64,000 nt of DNA from Edaphobacter aggregans. GTDB taxonomy: Bacteria; Acidobacteriota; Terriglobia; Terriglobales; Acidobacteriaceae. The notes beneath the pieces are model-generated. The model made no database searches. It worked only from the letters and a program-made list of their open reading frames with translations, and had not been told where the DNA came from. Below, piece after piece: positions 10,026 through 19,839 of this stretch. Each line of letters starts with the position of its first letter. The stretch's first letter is position 1. Position numbers and translations under genes: made by a program. Location: positions 26,149-90,148 of the forward strand of contig DZDJ01000002.1 of the NCBI GenBank assembly GCA_022736715.1. Reading direction: 5' to 3'.

Positions 10026-10638
10026 AGCTGCGCTGGAATCAGAAGTTTCTGGCTGCCGCGTAGAAATCGTACAGAACGGCAGCCCCTCAGCGCAGCACTC
10101 CTTGTTGATGGCGCCGGAGCACGCATTGGATATTGCCCTGCACCTGCGCGATGCGGAAATGTTCTGCTTCGATTATTGTTCGAACGTTACAGGGATTGAC
10201 TGGCCCGGCAGGGAGATCACGGAAAAAATTAAAGTTAGGCACATCGTGGATGGCGTGGAGCAGGAGGTGGAAGAGAGTCGAAAGCGGGAATCTCCCGCCT
10301 ATTTGGAGGCCGTATACCACCTGTACTCCACACAACGGCGCATTGGCCCATTGATTCTTCGTGTGCGCACAACGAACAGAACAGATCAGGTTCATTTACC
10401 GTCGTTGACCGCTGTATGGCGCAGCGCAGAATTTCAGGAACGCGAAATTTTTGATCTCTTTGGAATTATTTTTGATGGCCACCCGGATATGCGAAGGCTC
10501 CTGATGTGGGATGGTTTTATGGACCACCCCATGCGGAAGGACTACATCGAACCAGATGATTACGAGTATGAGCCCACCGCGCACGATGATGTATTAAAGA
10601 AAGCAAAAGTCCATCAAGGCGGACCCGGTTTGTTATGA
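10006..10638 (+). CDS. nuoC: NADH-quinone oxidoreductase subunit C
   Basis: 30-kDa subunit signature [27 protein letters not shown]. Overlaps nuoB by 20 nt. Confidence 0.88.
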   Translation: MNLEAIKAALESEVSGCRVEIVQNGSPSAQHSLLMAPEHALDIALHLRDAEMFCFDYCSNVTGIDWPGREITEKIKVRHIVDGVEQEVEESRKRESPAYLEAVYHLYSTQRRIGPLILRVRTTNRTDQVHLPSLTAVWRSAEFQEREIFDLFGIIFDGHPDMRRLLMWDGFMDHPMRKDYIEPDDYEYEPTAHDDVLKKAKVHQGGPGLL

Positions 10639-11795
10639 CCCCTGTCACACTTCAAACTGCGCATCCGGCTCTACGCTCCTCTCACGACGGAGAAAGGGGC
10701 CACTTGATGGAAGTCTCCATGGGTCCGCAGCATCCCTCTACTCATGGTGTTTTTCGCATGGATGTAGTTTTGGAGGGGGAGCGGGTGATTGAACTGAAGC
10801 CTGTTTTTGGCTACCTGCACCGTAACCACGAGAAGATTGCTGAAAATGAGACTTATCTGGGATCGATGCCGTATACAGACCGCCTGGATTACCTATGTTC
10901 TCTTACCAATAACTGGGCATACGCTCTCACAGTGGAAAAGCTTGCGGACATACAGGTTCCAGAGCGGGCTGAGTACTTGCGAGTTATTACTGCTGAGCTT
11001 ACACGGTTGCAGAATCATGCAGGTCTTATTGGGTTCTTGCTGCAGGACATGGGAGCCAGCGCTACTCCATTGATGTACGCCTTCCGTGAACGCGAGAAGA
11101 TATTGGACTTATTTGAGGCTTTAACCGGGGCGCGCATGATGTGCAACTATATGCGCTTTGGCGGGTGTCGTGTTGATGCTCCTGCCGGGTGGATGGAGCA
11201 AGCACGGAAGATAGTGGATGCTTTCCCCCGTTTTTTGGACGAGTATGAACAGTTTTTGACTCGAAACGAAATTCTGATGGCCAGGACCCAAGGTGTCGGG
11301 GTACTCAGTAAAGACCTGGCCGTCAATGCTGGAATCACTGGCCCGATGGCTCGTGCTTCCGGGGTCAGTTACGACATACGAAAGGTGGACCGGTACGGAA
11401 TTTATGGCCGGTTTTCATTCAGCGTTCCATTGGGAGAGCACGGAGATGTTTACGACAGGTTTATGATCCGGCTTCTGGAGATGCGCGAATCAATCAAAAT
11501 TTTACAACAGGCGTTACGGGGCATTCCTGCTGGTCCTGTTATTGATCCGAAGGCAAAAATCCGGGGCTTTCGCCCGAAAGCTGGGGAGGCCTATGGGAGA
11601 ATAGAGTCGCCAAAAGGGGAACTTGGGTTCTACCTGATCAGTGACGGCGGTCCAAATCCATACCGCTATCGCGTTCGGCCCCCAAGCCTGATCAATCTAA
11701 CGGTGCTTGAGGACCTTTGTATTGGCCGCAGCATCGCAGATGTTGTTGTTGTTCTCGGAAGCATAGACATCGTTATGGGAGAAGCAGATCGTTAG
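10635..11795 (+). CDS. nuoD: NADH-quinone oxidoreductase subunit D
   Basis: [13 protein letters not shown] near the N-terminus and [10 protein letters not shown]...[12 protein letters not shown] at the C-terminus. ATGA overlap with nuoC. Confidence 0.92.
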   Translation: MTPVTLQTAHPALRSSHDGERGHLMEVSMGPQHPSTHGVFRMDVVLEGERVIELKPVFGYLHRNHEKIAENETYLGSMPYTDRLDYLCSLTNNWAYALTVEKLADIQVPERAEYLRVITAELTRLQNHAGLIGFLLQDMGASATPLMYAFREREKILDLFEALTGARMMCNYMRFGGCRVDAPAGWMEQARKIVDAFPRFLDEYEQFLTRNEILMARTQGVGVLSKDLAVNAGITGPMARASGVSYDIRKVDRYGIYGRFSFSVPLGEHGDVYDRFMIRLLEMRESIKILQQALRGIPAGPVIDPKAKIRGFRPKAGEAYGRIESPKGELGFYLISDGGPNPYRYRVRPPSLINLTVLEDLCIGRSIADVVVVLGSIDIVMGEADR

Positions 11796-11842
11796 ATGGA
11801 GCAGCGGCAGCTCATTGATCTCGTTTGTTTGGGGTGAAGAAC

Positions 11843-12418
11843 ATGCTGGGTGAAGGCATTGTGCGGGGAATGGTGGTAACAGCAAAAAACTTTTTGGGCA
11901 GCTTCGTGAACCGGGACAGGCTGACTACTATTCAGTTCCCGGAAGAACGACTGCCTCACATCGAAGCATCTCGTAATTTTCCATTCCTTGTTTATGATGG
12001 CGACGACTGGCAACAGGGAATGCGCTGTGTAGCGTGTCAGATTTGCGAAAAGGAGTGTCCTCCGAAGTGTATTTATATCGAAAAGAGCACTCAGAAAAAA
12101 GCAGATGCGGCTGGAAAGCCACAGTTTTACCCGGAAACTTTTAATATCGATGTCTCTGTTTGCATGAGTTGTCAGATATGTGTCGAAGTATGCCCGTTTG
12201 AGGCCATTAAGATGGACAACGAATTCGAATATAGTACCGAGAGCCGTTTTGATTTTCTGCTCTGGGACAAAAAGAAACTGTCGAAATCCAATGAATACTA
12301 CAGGAAAATACATCCGACCGAAGCTGCTCTTGTAGATGCACGGTTGCGGGAAGAGCGCGCCCGGATGGAAGCAAAAATGAGTAAAAGTTCTGCAATAAAA
12401 GCTGGTCCTGTACCGTGA
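11843..12418 (+). CDS. nuoI: NADH-quinone oxidoreductase subunit I (2x[4Fe-4S])
   Basis: Two ferredoxin motifs, CVACQICEKECP and CMSCQICVEVCP. Follows nuoD directly, with no nuoEFG between them. ATG 11843 chosen over TTG 11825. Confidence 0.9.
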   Translation: MLGEGIVRGMVVTAKNFLGSFVNRDRLTTIQFPEERLPHIEASRNFPFLVYDGDDWQQGMRCVACQICEKECPPKCIYIEKSTQKKADAAGKPQFYPETFNIDVSVCMSCQICVEVCPFEAIKMDNEFEYSTESRFDFLLWDKKKLSKSNEYYRKIHPTEAALVDARLREERARMEAKMSKSSAIKAGPVP

Positions 12419-12510
12419 TTAGCTCCTGAACGGGTTGCAGGCAGCGCATACACCTTGCTGGAAGTAGCAGTCCGCGAACAGATTGAGATGAGGTCATGAG
12501 GTAGATCAGC

Positions 12511-13686
12511 ATGGCGGAATTTGTCGATCAATTTTTTATACTTCTCAAGCACTGGATGCTGTCCCGTGTCCCCCCGGCTGGACAGCCAATTGTTTCTGCC
12601 CTTCTGTCTGTGGTCCCGGTTCTCATCGTGTTTCCCGCTTTGTTTGCATTCGTCACCGTTTTAGAACGGAAATGGCTGGGAAGAATTCAAAATCGTTATG
12701 GGCCCAATCGGGTAGGTCCTTATGGCCTGCTGCAGCCAATGGCAGACGCTATTAAAACATTGACAAAGGAAGCTGTCCTCCCACGCGGTGCAGATGGGAT
12801 CGCGCATTTGTCAGCACCAGTTCTGTTGGTAGTTGCGGCATTGATGGCATATGCAGTTTTACCAGTTGGACGCAATATGATCGTAGTTGATCTGAACTCT
12901 GGTGTTCTGTATTTCTTTGCAGTTGGTGCTCTGGTAGAGCTGGCCATTTTTATGGCCGGCTGGTCGGGACGCAACAAATACGCGTTGATTGGCGCAATGC
13001 GCGCCATCGCACAGATGATCAGCTATGAGGTCCCGTTGGTGCTTGCTTCAGTTGTCGTCGTCATGGCGGCAGGCACGCTCTCGACTGTTGGAATTGTAGA
13101 AGCACAGTCAGGATACTCCTACGGATGGCCCCATTGGTTTCTATTCACGCCATGGGGATTTGTAGGCTTTCTTTTATTCATGGTTGCGGCAACCGCTGAG
13201 GCAAACCGGTCACCTTTTGATCTGCCAGAAGGTGAATCTGAGATCATCGCTGGGTATTACACAGAGTATGCAGGATTTAAATTTGCATTGTTTTTTCTCG
13301 CAGAGTATCTCGGGATGTTTGCGACAACTGGTATGGCTGTAACACTGTTTCTCGGTGGATGGTCTGCTCCTGCCTCATTTCTTATATGGGTTCCAACGTA
13401 TATATGGTTTTTTGTGAAGCTGTTCATGTTGATAACGCTGTTCATCTGGATCAGAGGTACGTTGCCACGCTTGCGGATGGACCATCTCATGAAACTTGCA
13501 TGGAAAGTTTTGCTGCCACTGGCGCTATTCAATATCGCCTTGATGGCCATATGGAATTTTATTGTCATCGGAATAATTAGATGGGGGATTTGTTTACTCT
13601 TGTCGCTGGTCGTATTGATTTTCCTTCAAAGCTGGTTGGGACAAAGCAAAAGTTGGCGCCGTGAATACAAGTATTCGGAGGAATGA
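12511..13686 (+). CDS. nuoH: NADH-quinone oxidoreductase subunit H
   Basis: 8-TM ORF with GPYGLLQPMADAIK and PFDLPEGESEIIAGYYTEYAGFKF motifs of NuoH/ND1. Confidence 0.92.
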   Translation: MAEFVDQFFILLKHWMLSRVPPAGQPIVSALLSVVPVLIVFPALFAFVTVLERKWLGRIQNRYGPNRVGPYGLLQPMADAIKTLTKEAVLPRGADGIAHLSAPVLLVVAALMAYAVLPVGRNMIVVDLNSGVLYFFAVGALVELAIFMAGWSGRNKYALIGAMRAIAQMISYEVPLVLASVVVVMAAGTLSTVGIVEAQSGYSYGWPHWFLFTPWGFVGFLLFMVAATAEANRSPFDLPEGESEIIAGYYTEYAGFKFALFFLAEYLGMFATTGMAVTLFLGGWSAPASFLIWVPTYIWFFVKLFMLITLFIWIRGTLPRLRMDHLMKLAWKVLLPLALFNIALMAIWNFIVIGIIRWGICLLLSLVVLIFLQSWLGQSKSWRREYKYSEE

Positions 13687-13793
13687 TGGCTGATTTAAAT
13701 AGTAAATAATGATTGGCTGCCTATGATCCAATGGCCATCTACAAGGGCCTCATTTCTCATTTGTTGCGGTAAATCGTTGGAAACGAAAATTCT

Positions 13794-14306
13794 ATGGACT
13801 TCAATTTTTTTGTTGTTGCGATACTGACCATTCTTGGCATGGCCGGAGCAATAAGCTTCCGAAATTTGATCCATTGCATCATGTCACTCATGCTCGGCTT
13901 CCTTGGGCTTGCAGGGTTGTATCTAAAGTTGGGGGCACAATTTGTTGGCTTTGTTCAGATACTCGTGTATTTAGGCGCGATAGGGGTTCTTTTCGCTTTT
14001 GTTGTAATGATGACCCGAAGCCGGAATGAGCGGTCTGATTTTCACTTGAAAAGAACCAGGTTTTTTACGTATACATCCGTGGCCGTTCTTGGGACGGCAA
14101 TGTTGTGGGGCATCTATGGGAGCAGATATTTATTTGCAAAGGCCTCCTGTAGCTTTCAACTTGATGTAAATGAGCTTGGGATCGGGCTTCTGAGAAATAC
14201 CGTCCTGCCTTTAGAAATAGGAGCATTGCTGTTAACGGCATCGCTGATAGGAGCTGTATGTATTGCAATATCGGAATTGGGTGGGCCTGATGGGAAATCC
14301 GAGTAG
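13794..14306 (+). CDS. nuoJ: NADH-quinone oxidoreductase subunit J
   Basis: 170-aa ND6-like membrane ORF in the expected operon position (FVQILVYLGAIGVLFAFVVMM). Confidence 0.85.
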   Translation: MDFNFFVVAILTILGMAGAISFRNLIHCIMSLMLGFLGLAGLYLKLGAQFVGFVQILVYLGAIGVLFAFVVMMTRSRNERSDFHLKRTRFFTYTSVAVLGTAMLWGIYGSRYLFAKASCSFQLDVNELGIGLLRNTVLPLEIGALLLTASLIGAVCIAISELGGPDGKSE

Positions 14307-14601
14307 TTATTTAGTAGTTTCAGCAGCGTTATTTGTAATTGGGCTATTGGGAGTATTGATGCGTAGAAGCGCCATTGTGGTGCTTGTTGGGGTCGAGTTG
14401 ATGTTGGCTGCAGCTAATCTTAATTTCATCGCATTTTGGAGTTATGGGCCACACCCGGAAGCATTGATTGGAGTGACTTTCGTTCTTTTCGCAATTGGCA
14501 TTGCGGCAGCCGAGGCTGCAGTGGGTCTGGGTATTATTTTATTTGCGAATCGTGTATTCAGGACGATCGATTTGCCTGAAATCCGTTCACTGAAGTGGTA
14601 A
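14290..14601 (+). CDS. nuoK: NADH-quinone oxidoreductase subunit K
   Basis: ~100-aa 3-TM ORF with GVELMLAAANLNF and AAAEAAVGLGI motifs of NuoK/ND4L. ATG 14290 overlaps the nuoJ end. Confidence 0.88.
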   Translation: MGNPSSYLVVSAALFVIGLLGVLMRRSAIVVLVGVELMLAAANLNFIAFWSYGPHPEALIGVTFVLFAIGIAAAEAAVGLGIILFANRVFRTIDLPEIRSLKW

Positions 14602-14676
14602 GTACATAAAATTAAAATGAATGTTCTGGGGTATAGAGCAATACCAGATTGTGTTTTGTGATATTGCATAAGCTTT

Positions 14677-16755
14677 ATGGTTCGAATTATCAATATCGTT
14701 TGGTTGATTCCAGTGCTGCCAATAGCATCTTCTGGAGTGACCGCTTTGCTTGGGAGGCAAAAGCGGTTGTTGTCGGCATTGCTGGCGATTTCAATGATCG
14801 CTATTTCATTTCTGTTGTCTGCATTTATATTGGCGGCCGACCTGATATCCAACCAGCATTCTGGTATGACAAGGCTGGTGCGCAATATATGCTGGTTCCA
14901 GTTTGGGGAGGAGCCATTACGAGTTGGCTGGATAATAGATCCTTTAACCTCATTAATGTTGGTAATGGTAAGTACCGTCAGCTTACTTGTATTTATCTAC
15001 AGCACAAAATACATGAAAGAGGATGATAACTTCACTCGGTTTTTCTGCTTTCTGTCGCTCTTTTCCGGAGCAATGTTAGGTGTAGTGATTTCAAACAGCC
15101 TACTTCTTCTTTTTATGTTCTGGGAAGTAGTTGGCCTTTCGTCATATTTACTGATTGGGTTTTGGTTTTCCAGGCCAAGCGCCGTTGCTGCTGCACAAAA
15201 GGCGTTCCTGATAACCCGAATTGGCGATATAGCATTTTTTATTGGGATGGTATGGCTTTATGCCAAATCAGGGACGTTACTTTTCTATGACAATGGCGCT
15301 GGACTCCTGGAGCATACTGCCTTATCGAAGTTCTTGTTGTCAGGAGTTTCAATTGGAACAGCCGGGAATATCGGAATTGCACTGCTAATACTTTGTGGAG
15401 CTATTGGAAAATCGGGGCAGTTCCCTCTACATATATGGCTTCCGGATGCTATGGAAGGCCCCACACCGGTAAGCGCACTGATTCATGCAGCAACAATGGT
15501 AGCTGCTGGCGTGTTTCTGCTTGCTCGTCTATATCCAATTATGTCCGGCAGTGCAGCTGTTCCTGGAGTAGTTCCATCTTCGGTACCACTGCAGGCAATA
15601 ACATGGATCGGCGCATTGACAGCCCTTCTGGGCGCCCTTCTAGGGGTGGCGCAGTTTGATATTAAGCGGATTCTCGCATACTCAACGATCTCACAACTCG
15701 GTTATATGATGCTTGGCTTGGGTACCGGTGGGGTTGCCGTCGGCATGTTTCACCTGATCACACACGCTTTTTTCAAGGCACTGCTTTTTCTGGGCGCAGG
15801 TTCAGTTATTCATGGATGTTCTGGAGAGCAGGATATTCGATACATGGGTGGACTGCGCAAGAAAATGCCAGCAACTTTTATAACGTATACCGTCGGTGCG
15901 ATGGCTCTTTGTGGGGTCCCATTCTGTTTTTCCGGGTTCTGGAGCAAAGACGCCATCCTGCATGCGGCAAAACAGTGGGACGTCTCCATGGTCCCTTTCT
16001 ACATGGGATCAGTAGGCGTTGCCTTAACTGCTTTTTATATGATGCGCCAGATTTTATACGTTTTTGCAGGCGAATCGCGTCTTTACTCCGCGCCGCACGC
16101 TGAGAAACACCATCTCCACAGCCAACATGAGAGCCACCCTCTAATGACAGTACCACTTGTTGTTCTGGCTATTTTTGCTGTCTTTTTGGGGTTTATAGGG
16201 ACTCCCGCCTGGCCATGGCTTCAATATTTTCTGGATGGACAGAGAGCGACAATACAATTTTCAGCCTTGGCGGAAGGCGGCTTTGTTCGGGTGATGTTGT
16301 CATCGTCCCTGCTGCTGATTGTTGGCGTTACTTTGGCGTGGTTGTTGTACTGGTATAAGCGGGGCCTGAATTCAGATGGGCGTGACAATTTAGAAGTATT
16401 GCTGCCAAGGACGTTTTCGTGGCTGGCTCATGGGCTGTATATCGAAACTGCATATGATGTAAGCGTTATTCGGCTAAATAGAATTGCTTCTGGTTTATGT
16501 AAGTGGGTCGATCAAAATATATTTTGTGGGATTTCTACATTAGCGGCCTATGTAGCAGTAGTAACAGGAAGAACTGTCAGCATAAACGATCAAAAGGTTT
16601 TCAACTCCGGCTTTGACACAGGATGCCGCCGGACCTCTGGGGCAGGGCGCGCATTGTCACAATTACAAAGCGGAACAGTGCAAGACTATTTGCGATGGCT
16701 CGTTGTTGCCTTTATATGTATTTTTATATTTATGGTGTGGGGAACTGGTAAATGA
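14677..16755 (+). CDS. nuoL: NADH-quinone oxidoreductase subunit L (elongated, 692 aa)
   Basis: LHIWLPDAMEGPTPVSALIHAATMVAAGVFL is the NuoL/ND5 signature. Long C-terminal region with a putative lateral helix and a final TM anchor (YLRWLVVAFICIFIFMVW). Confidence 0.92.
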   Translation: MVRIINIVWLIPVLPIASSGVTALLGRQKRLLSALLAISMIAISFLLSAFILAADLISNQHSGMTRLVRNICWFQFGEEPLRVGWIIDPLTSLMLVMVSTVSLLVFIYSTKYMKEDDNFTRFFCFLSLFSGAMLGVVISNSLLLLFMFWEVVGLSSYLLIGFWFSRPSAVAAAQKAFLITRIGDIAFFIGMVWLYAKSGTLLFYDNGAGLLEHTALSKFLLSGVSIGTAGNIGIALLILCGAIGKSGQFPLHIWLPDAMEGPTPVSALIHAATMVAAGVFLLARLYPIMSGSAAVPGVVPSSVPLQAITWIGALTALLGALLGVAQFDIKRILAYSTISQLGYMMLGLGTGGVAVGMFHLITHAFFKALLFLGAGSVIHGCSGEQDIRYMGGLRKKMPATFITYTVGAMALCGVPFCFSGFWSKDAILHAAKQWDVSMVPFYMGSVGVALTAFYMMRQILYVFAGESRLYSAPHAEKHHLHSQHESHPLMTVPLVVLAIFAVFLGFIGTPAWPWLQYFLDGQRATIQFSALAEGGFVRVMLSSSLLLIVGVTLAWLLYWYKRGLNSDGRDNLEVLLPRTFSWLAHGLYIETAYDVSVIRLNRIASGLCKWVDQNIFCGISTLAAYVAVVTGRTVSINDQKVFNSGFDTGCRRTSGAGRALSQLQSGTVQDYLRWLVVAFICIFIFMVWGTGK

Positions 16756-18302
16756 TGGCACTCCCATGGCTCTCCATATTGACTGCATTACCTGCAATAT
16801 TTGCGGTTGTTATATTGCTACTGCCCAGTGGTGATGCAAAAAGAATACAGCGCGTTGCCCTAGTTTTTAGCTGCTTTTTACAGATAATAACCTTGATCCT
16901 GCTGTTCGGATTTAATAGAAACGAAGGCGGGATCCAGTTCCAGGAGTTGCATTCCTGGGCAGATGCAATCGGCTTGCAATATCACTTGGGAATCGATGGA
17001 ATTGGGCTGGTGATGCTTCTTCTTTCAGCCATGGTATTTCTAATTGGGACCGTGGCCTCCTGGAACATACAGCAGCGCGCCCCAGTTTATTTCTCCCTTG
17101 TTTTTTTCTTGCAGTCTTGCCTGGTGGGATCCTTTACGGCCCTGAATTTATTTCATTGGTTCATTTTTTGGGAGTTGAGCCTGGTCCCTGCTTTTTTTCT
17201 TATTCGTTTGTGGGGAGGCACAGGAAGAACATCTGCCTCTATACAGTTCCTGGTCTATTCACTGATTGGCAGTATCGCCATGCTTGTGTCCCTTGTTGCC
17301 ATATTTGTGGTAACTCAAAAGAGCGATTTTATTGAGCTTGCAAACTATGCACATAGTGCAAACATACTGCATGTAGTAACTACAGCAACACATTGGAAGC
17401 TGCTTTCACCGGCTGCATTATCACTGTTGATATTTGCGGGAGTATTTGTAGGCCTGGCTGTAAAAGTACCACTGGTCCCGTTTCATGGATGGCTTCCTGC
17501 TGCATATACTGAATCTCCAACAGGTACAACCATTCTTTTGACAGGAGCTATGTCAAAAATGGGTCTTTATGGGTTTCTTAGAATTTTACTTCCGCTATTT
17601 GTTCCGGAGATAAAGTTGCTGCTGACACCGCTTTTGTGGCTTGCTGTTATTACGACAATCTTGCCTGCGTATGTGGCCATCGTTCAGCGTGATTTAAAGC
17701 GGACATTTGCTTATTCCTCAATCAACCACCTTGGATACTGTTTCCTGGCGATGTTGGCGGTTGTCAAAGCTGTCCCCGGAAAACATCTCACAGCCCAATA
17801 TGCGGCATTGAGCGGTGTATTACTGCAGATATTCAATCACGCACTCACAGCAGCAGTAATATTTTTATTGATTGCATGGCTGGAAAAAAGAAGCGGTGGA
17901 GAGCGAGATATAGATAATTTTGGCGGGTTGCGCAAGCACATGCCCGTTTTCACTGGTCTGATGGGAATTGCTTTGTTCTCCTCTCTCGGCCTTCCTGGAC
18001 TCAATGGCTTTGTGGCAGAGTTTATGATCTTTAGCGGGTCATTCGTATCTGCCCCGTGGGAAACGGCATTTGCCTCGTTCGGACTTTTATTGACGGCCAT
18101 TTTTATTCTGAATGTTCTGCAGCGAGTTTTTTATGGCCCCACTAATGAAAGATGGAATGGGATGCGGGACTTGACTGTTTCAGAAAGATGGATTCTGGCG
18201 CCTGCTGTTGGATTGATGTTCATACTTGGAATTTATCCGCAGTTACTTCTGGGCATGACAAATAGTACAGTTATCCGGTTTGTACAAGAGATTCGATTCT
18301 GA
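16752..18302 (+). CDS. nuoM: NADH-quinone oxidoreductase subunit M-type antiporter-like subunit, copy 1 (divergent)
   Basis: ND4/NuoM-type ORF of 516 aa with FHGWLPAAYTESPTGTTILLTGAMSKMGLYGFLRI. ATGA overlap with nuoL. Confidence 0.88.
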   Translation: MMALPWLSILTALPAIFAVVILLLPSGDAKRIQRVALVFSCFLQIITLILLFGFNRNEGGIQFQELHSWADAIGLQYHLGIDGIGLVMLLLSAMVFLIGTVASWNIQQRAPVYFSLVFFLQSCLVGSFTALNLFHWFIFWELSLVPAFFLIRLWGGTGRTSASIQFLVYSLIGSIAMLVSLVAIFVVTQKSDFIELANYAHSANILHVVTTATHWKLLSPAALSLLIFAGVFVGLAVKVPLVPFHGWLPAAYTESPTGTTILLTGAMSKMGLYGFLRILLPLFVPEIKLLLTPLLWLAVITTILPAYVAIVQRDLKRTFAYSSINHLGYCFLAMLAVVKAVPGKHLTAQYAALSGVLLQIFNHALTAAVIFLLIAWLEKRSGGERDIDNFGGLRKHMPVFTGLMGIALFSSLGLPGLNGFVAEFMIFSGSFVSAPWETAFASFGLLLTAIFILNVLQRVFYGPTNERWNGMRDLTVSERWILAPAVGLMFILGIYPQLLLGMTNSTVIRFVQEIRF

Positions 18303-18327
18303 GACCAACTGCTTCGGTGAGCCAACA

Positions 18328-19839
18328 ATGCTTGGGTGGACCATATACATATCATTTACTGGCGCGTTTTGCCTTTTCGTGATGCCGCGCCGATTTAGTA
18401 CTGCTGCACGCATCGTGGCGCTGACCATTGCAGTGGCTTCACTGGCAATCGTCTTACTTGGCTTTGTGCGATATGGTGGTGGATCAATGCAGGCCATCGT
18501 TCGCCTCCCCTGGATTCCATCGTTGGGAATTGACTATTCGCTTTCTGTAGATGGAATCAGTCTTGTGTTGCTGCTGTTGACAAGTGTAATAGGGATTGCC
18601 GGCATCCTGTTTTCATGGAATGTTGACTATCGAACAAATGAATTTTTTGCTCTGTATCTTATTTTGATCGGTTGTACGTACGGCGTATTTCTGAGTTACG
18701 ACTTATTTCTCTTTTTTGTTTTCTATGAAATTGTTATTGTCCCTAAATATTTTCTTATTGCGGGATGGGGATCGACCCGACGTGAATATGGCGCCATGAA
18801 GCTGGCCCTCTATTCATTTACAGGCAGTGCAATGGTCTTGATCGGCTTAATTGCTGCCTATATAACATCTGGCGCAAAGTCGATGGCATTGAACCAGTTG
18901 GCCCAATATCCATTTTCATCACATTTTCAATTGTGGGCATTCCCATTGGTCTTTCTTGGCTTTGCAGTTCTCGCCGGATTGTGGCCATTTCATACATGGG
19001 CGCCAACCGGGCATGTTGCTGCGCCAACCTCTGCATCGATGTTGCTTGCAGGTGTAGTGATGAAACTTGGAGCCTATGGTTGCCTGCGGGTTGCAATGGT
19101 CTTGTTTCCTTTGGGGCTGGATCCGTGGGGATTTCATGTGCTGGGTATGGGATCATGGCGTGACGTGTTTGCACTCCTGGCAGTTGTTGGGATCATCTAT
19201 GGTGCACTGGTCGCCTTGGTTCAGCAGGATTTCAAGTTTGTTATTGGCTATTCCAGCATAAGTCATATGGGATTTGTCTTACTTGGTCTGATGACATTGA
19301 ATCAGATTGGGCTTACCGGTGCCGTCATCCAGATGTTTTCGCATGGGGTCTTGGCTGGACTGCTGTTTGCAATTGTAGGAAGAATGGTCTATGACCGTAC
19401 GCATACAAGAGAATTGCATTTACTGAATAGGATGGACCTCTATCGAGCGATTCCATTTGCAGCAATAATATTCGTACTTGCTGGAATGGCCAGCATGGGG
19501 CTCCCCGGATTTAGTGGCTTTATTGCAGAGTTGATGATTTTGATGGGTAGCTGGCGCTCATATCCACTTTTTGCCATCGGTATCGGGTTGGGCCTGATGG
19601 TAGGAGTTGCATATATCTGGCGCGCACTGCAAAAGGCCTTTTTTGCAGATCGGGAGCACGCTGAAGTTGTGCCGCACGAGCCGCTTGTCCCTATTACGCT
19701 TCCTGAGCGGGTTGGAGCACTTTTGCTGATCGGGTCAAGTATCTTTGTTGGAATCTACCCGCAAGTGTTTTTGCGAGTTATTCAGCCAGCGCTAAACTCC
19801 CCTTTATTTTCTGGATTACATAAAGGGAGCTGGCAATGA
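18328..19839 (+). CDS. nuoM: NADH-quinone oxidoreductase subunit M-type antiporter-like subunit, copy 2
   Basis: ND4/NuoM-type ORF of 503 aa with FHTWAPTGHVAAPTSASMLLAGVVMKLGAYGCLRV. ATG 18328 (MLGWTIY). Confidence 0.88.
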   Translation: MLGWTIYISFTGAFCLFVMPRRFSTAARIVALTIAVASLAIVLLGFVRYGGGSMQAIVRLPWIPSLGIDYSLSVDGISLVLLLLTSVIGIAGILFSWNVDYRTNEFFALYLILIGCTYGVFLSYDLFLFFVFYEIVIVPKYFLIAGWGSTRREYGAMKLALYSFTGSAMVLIGLIAAYITSGAKSMALNQLAQYPFSSHFQLWAFPLVFLGFAVLAGLWPFHTWAPTGHVAAPTSASMLLAGVVMKLGAYGCLRVAMVLFPLGLDPWGFHVLGMGSWRDVFALLAVVGIIYGALVALVQQDFKFVIGYSSISHMGFVLLGLMTLNQIGLTGAVIQMFSHGVLAGLLFAIVGRMVYDRTHTRELHLLNRMDLYRAIPFAAIIFVLAGMASMGLPGFSGFIAELMILMGSWRSYPLFAIGIGLGLMVGVAYIWRALQKAFFADREHAEVVPHEPLVPITLPERVGALLLIGSSIFVGIYPQVFLRVIQPALNSPLFSGLHKGSWQ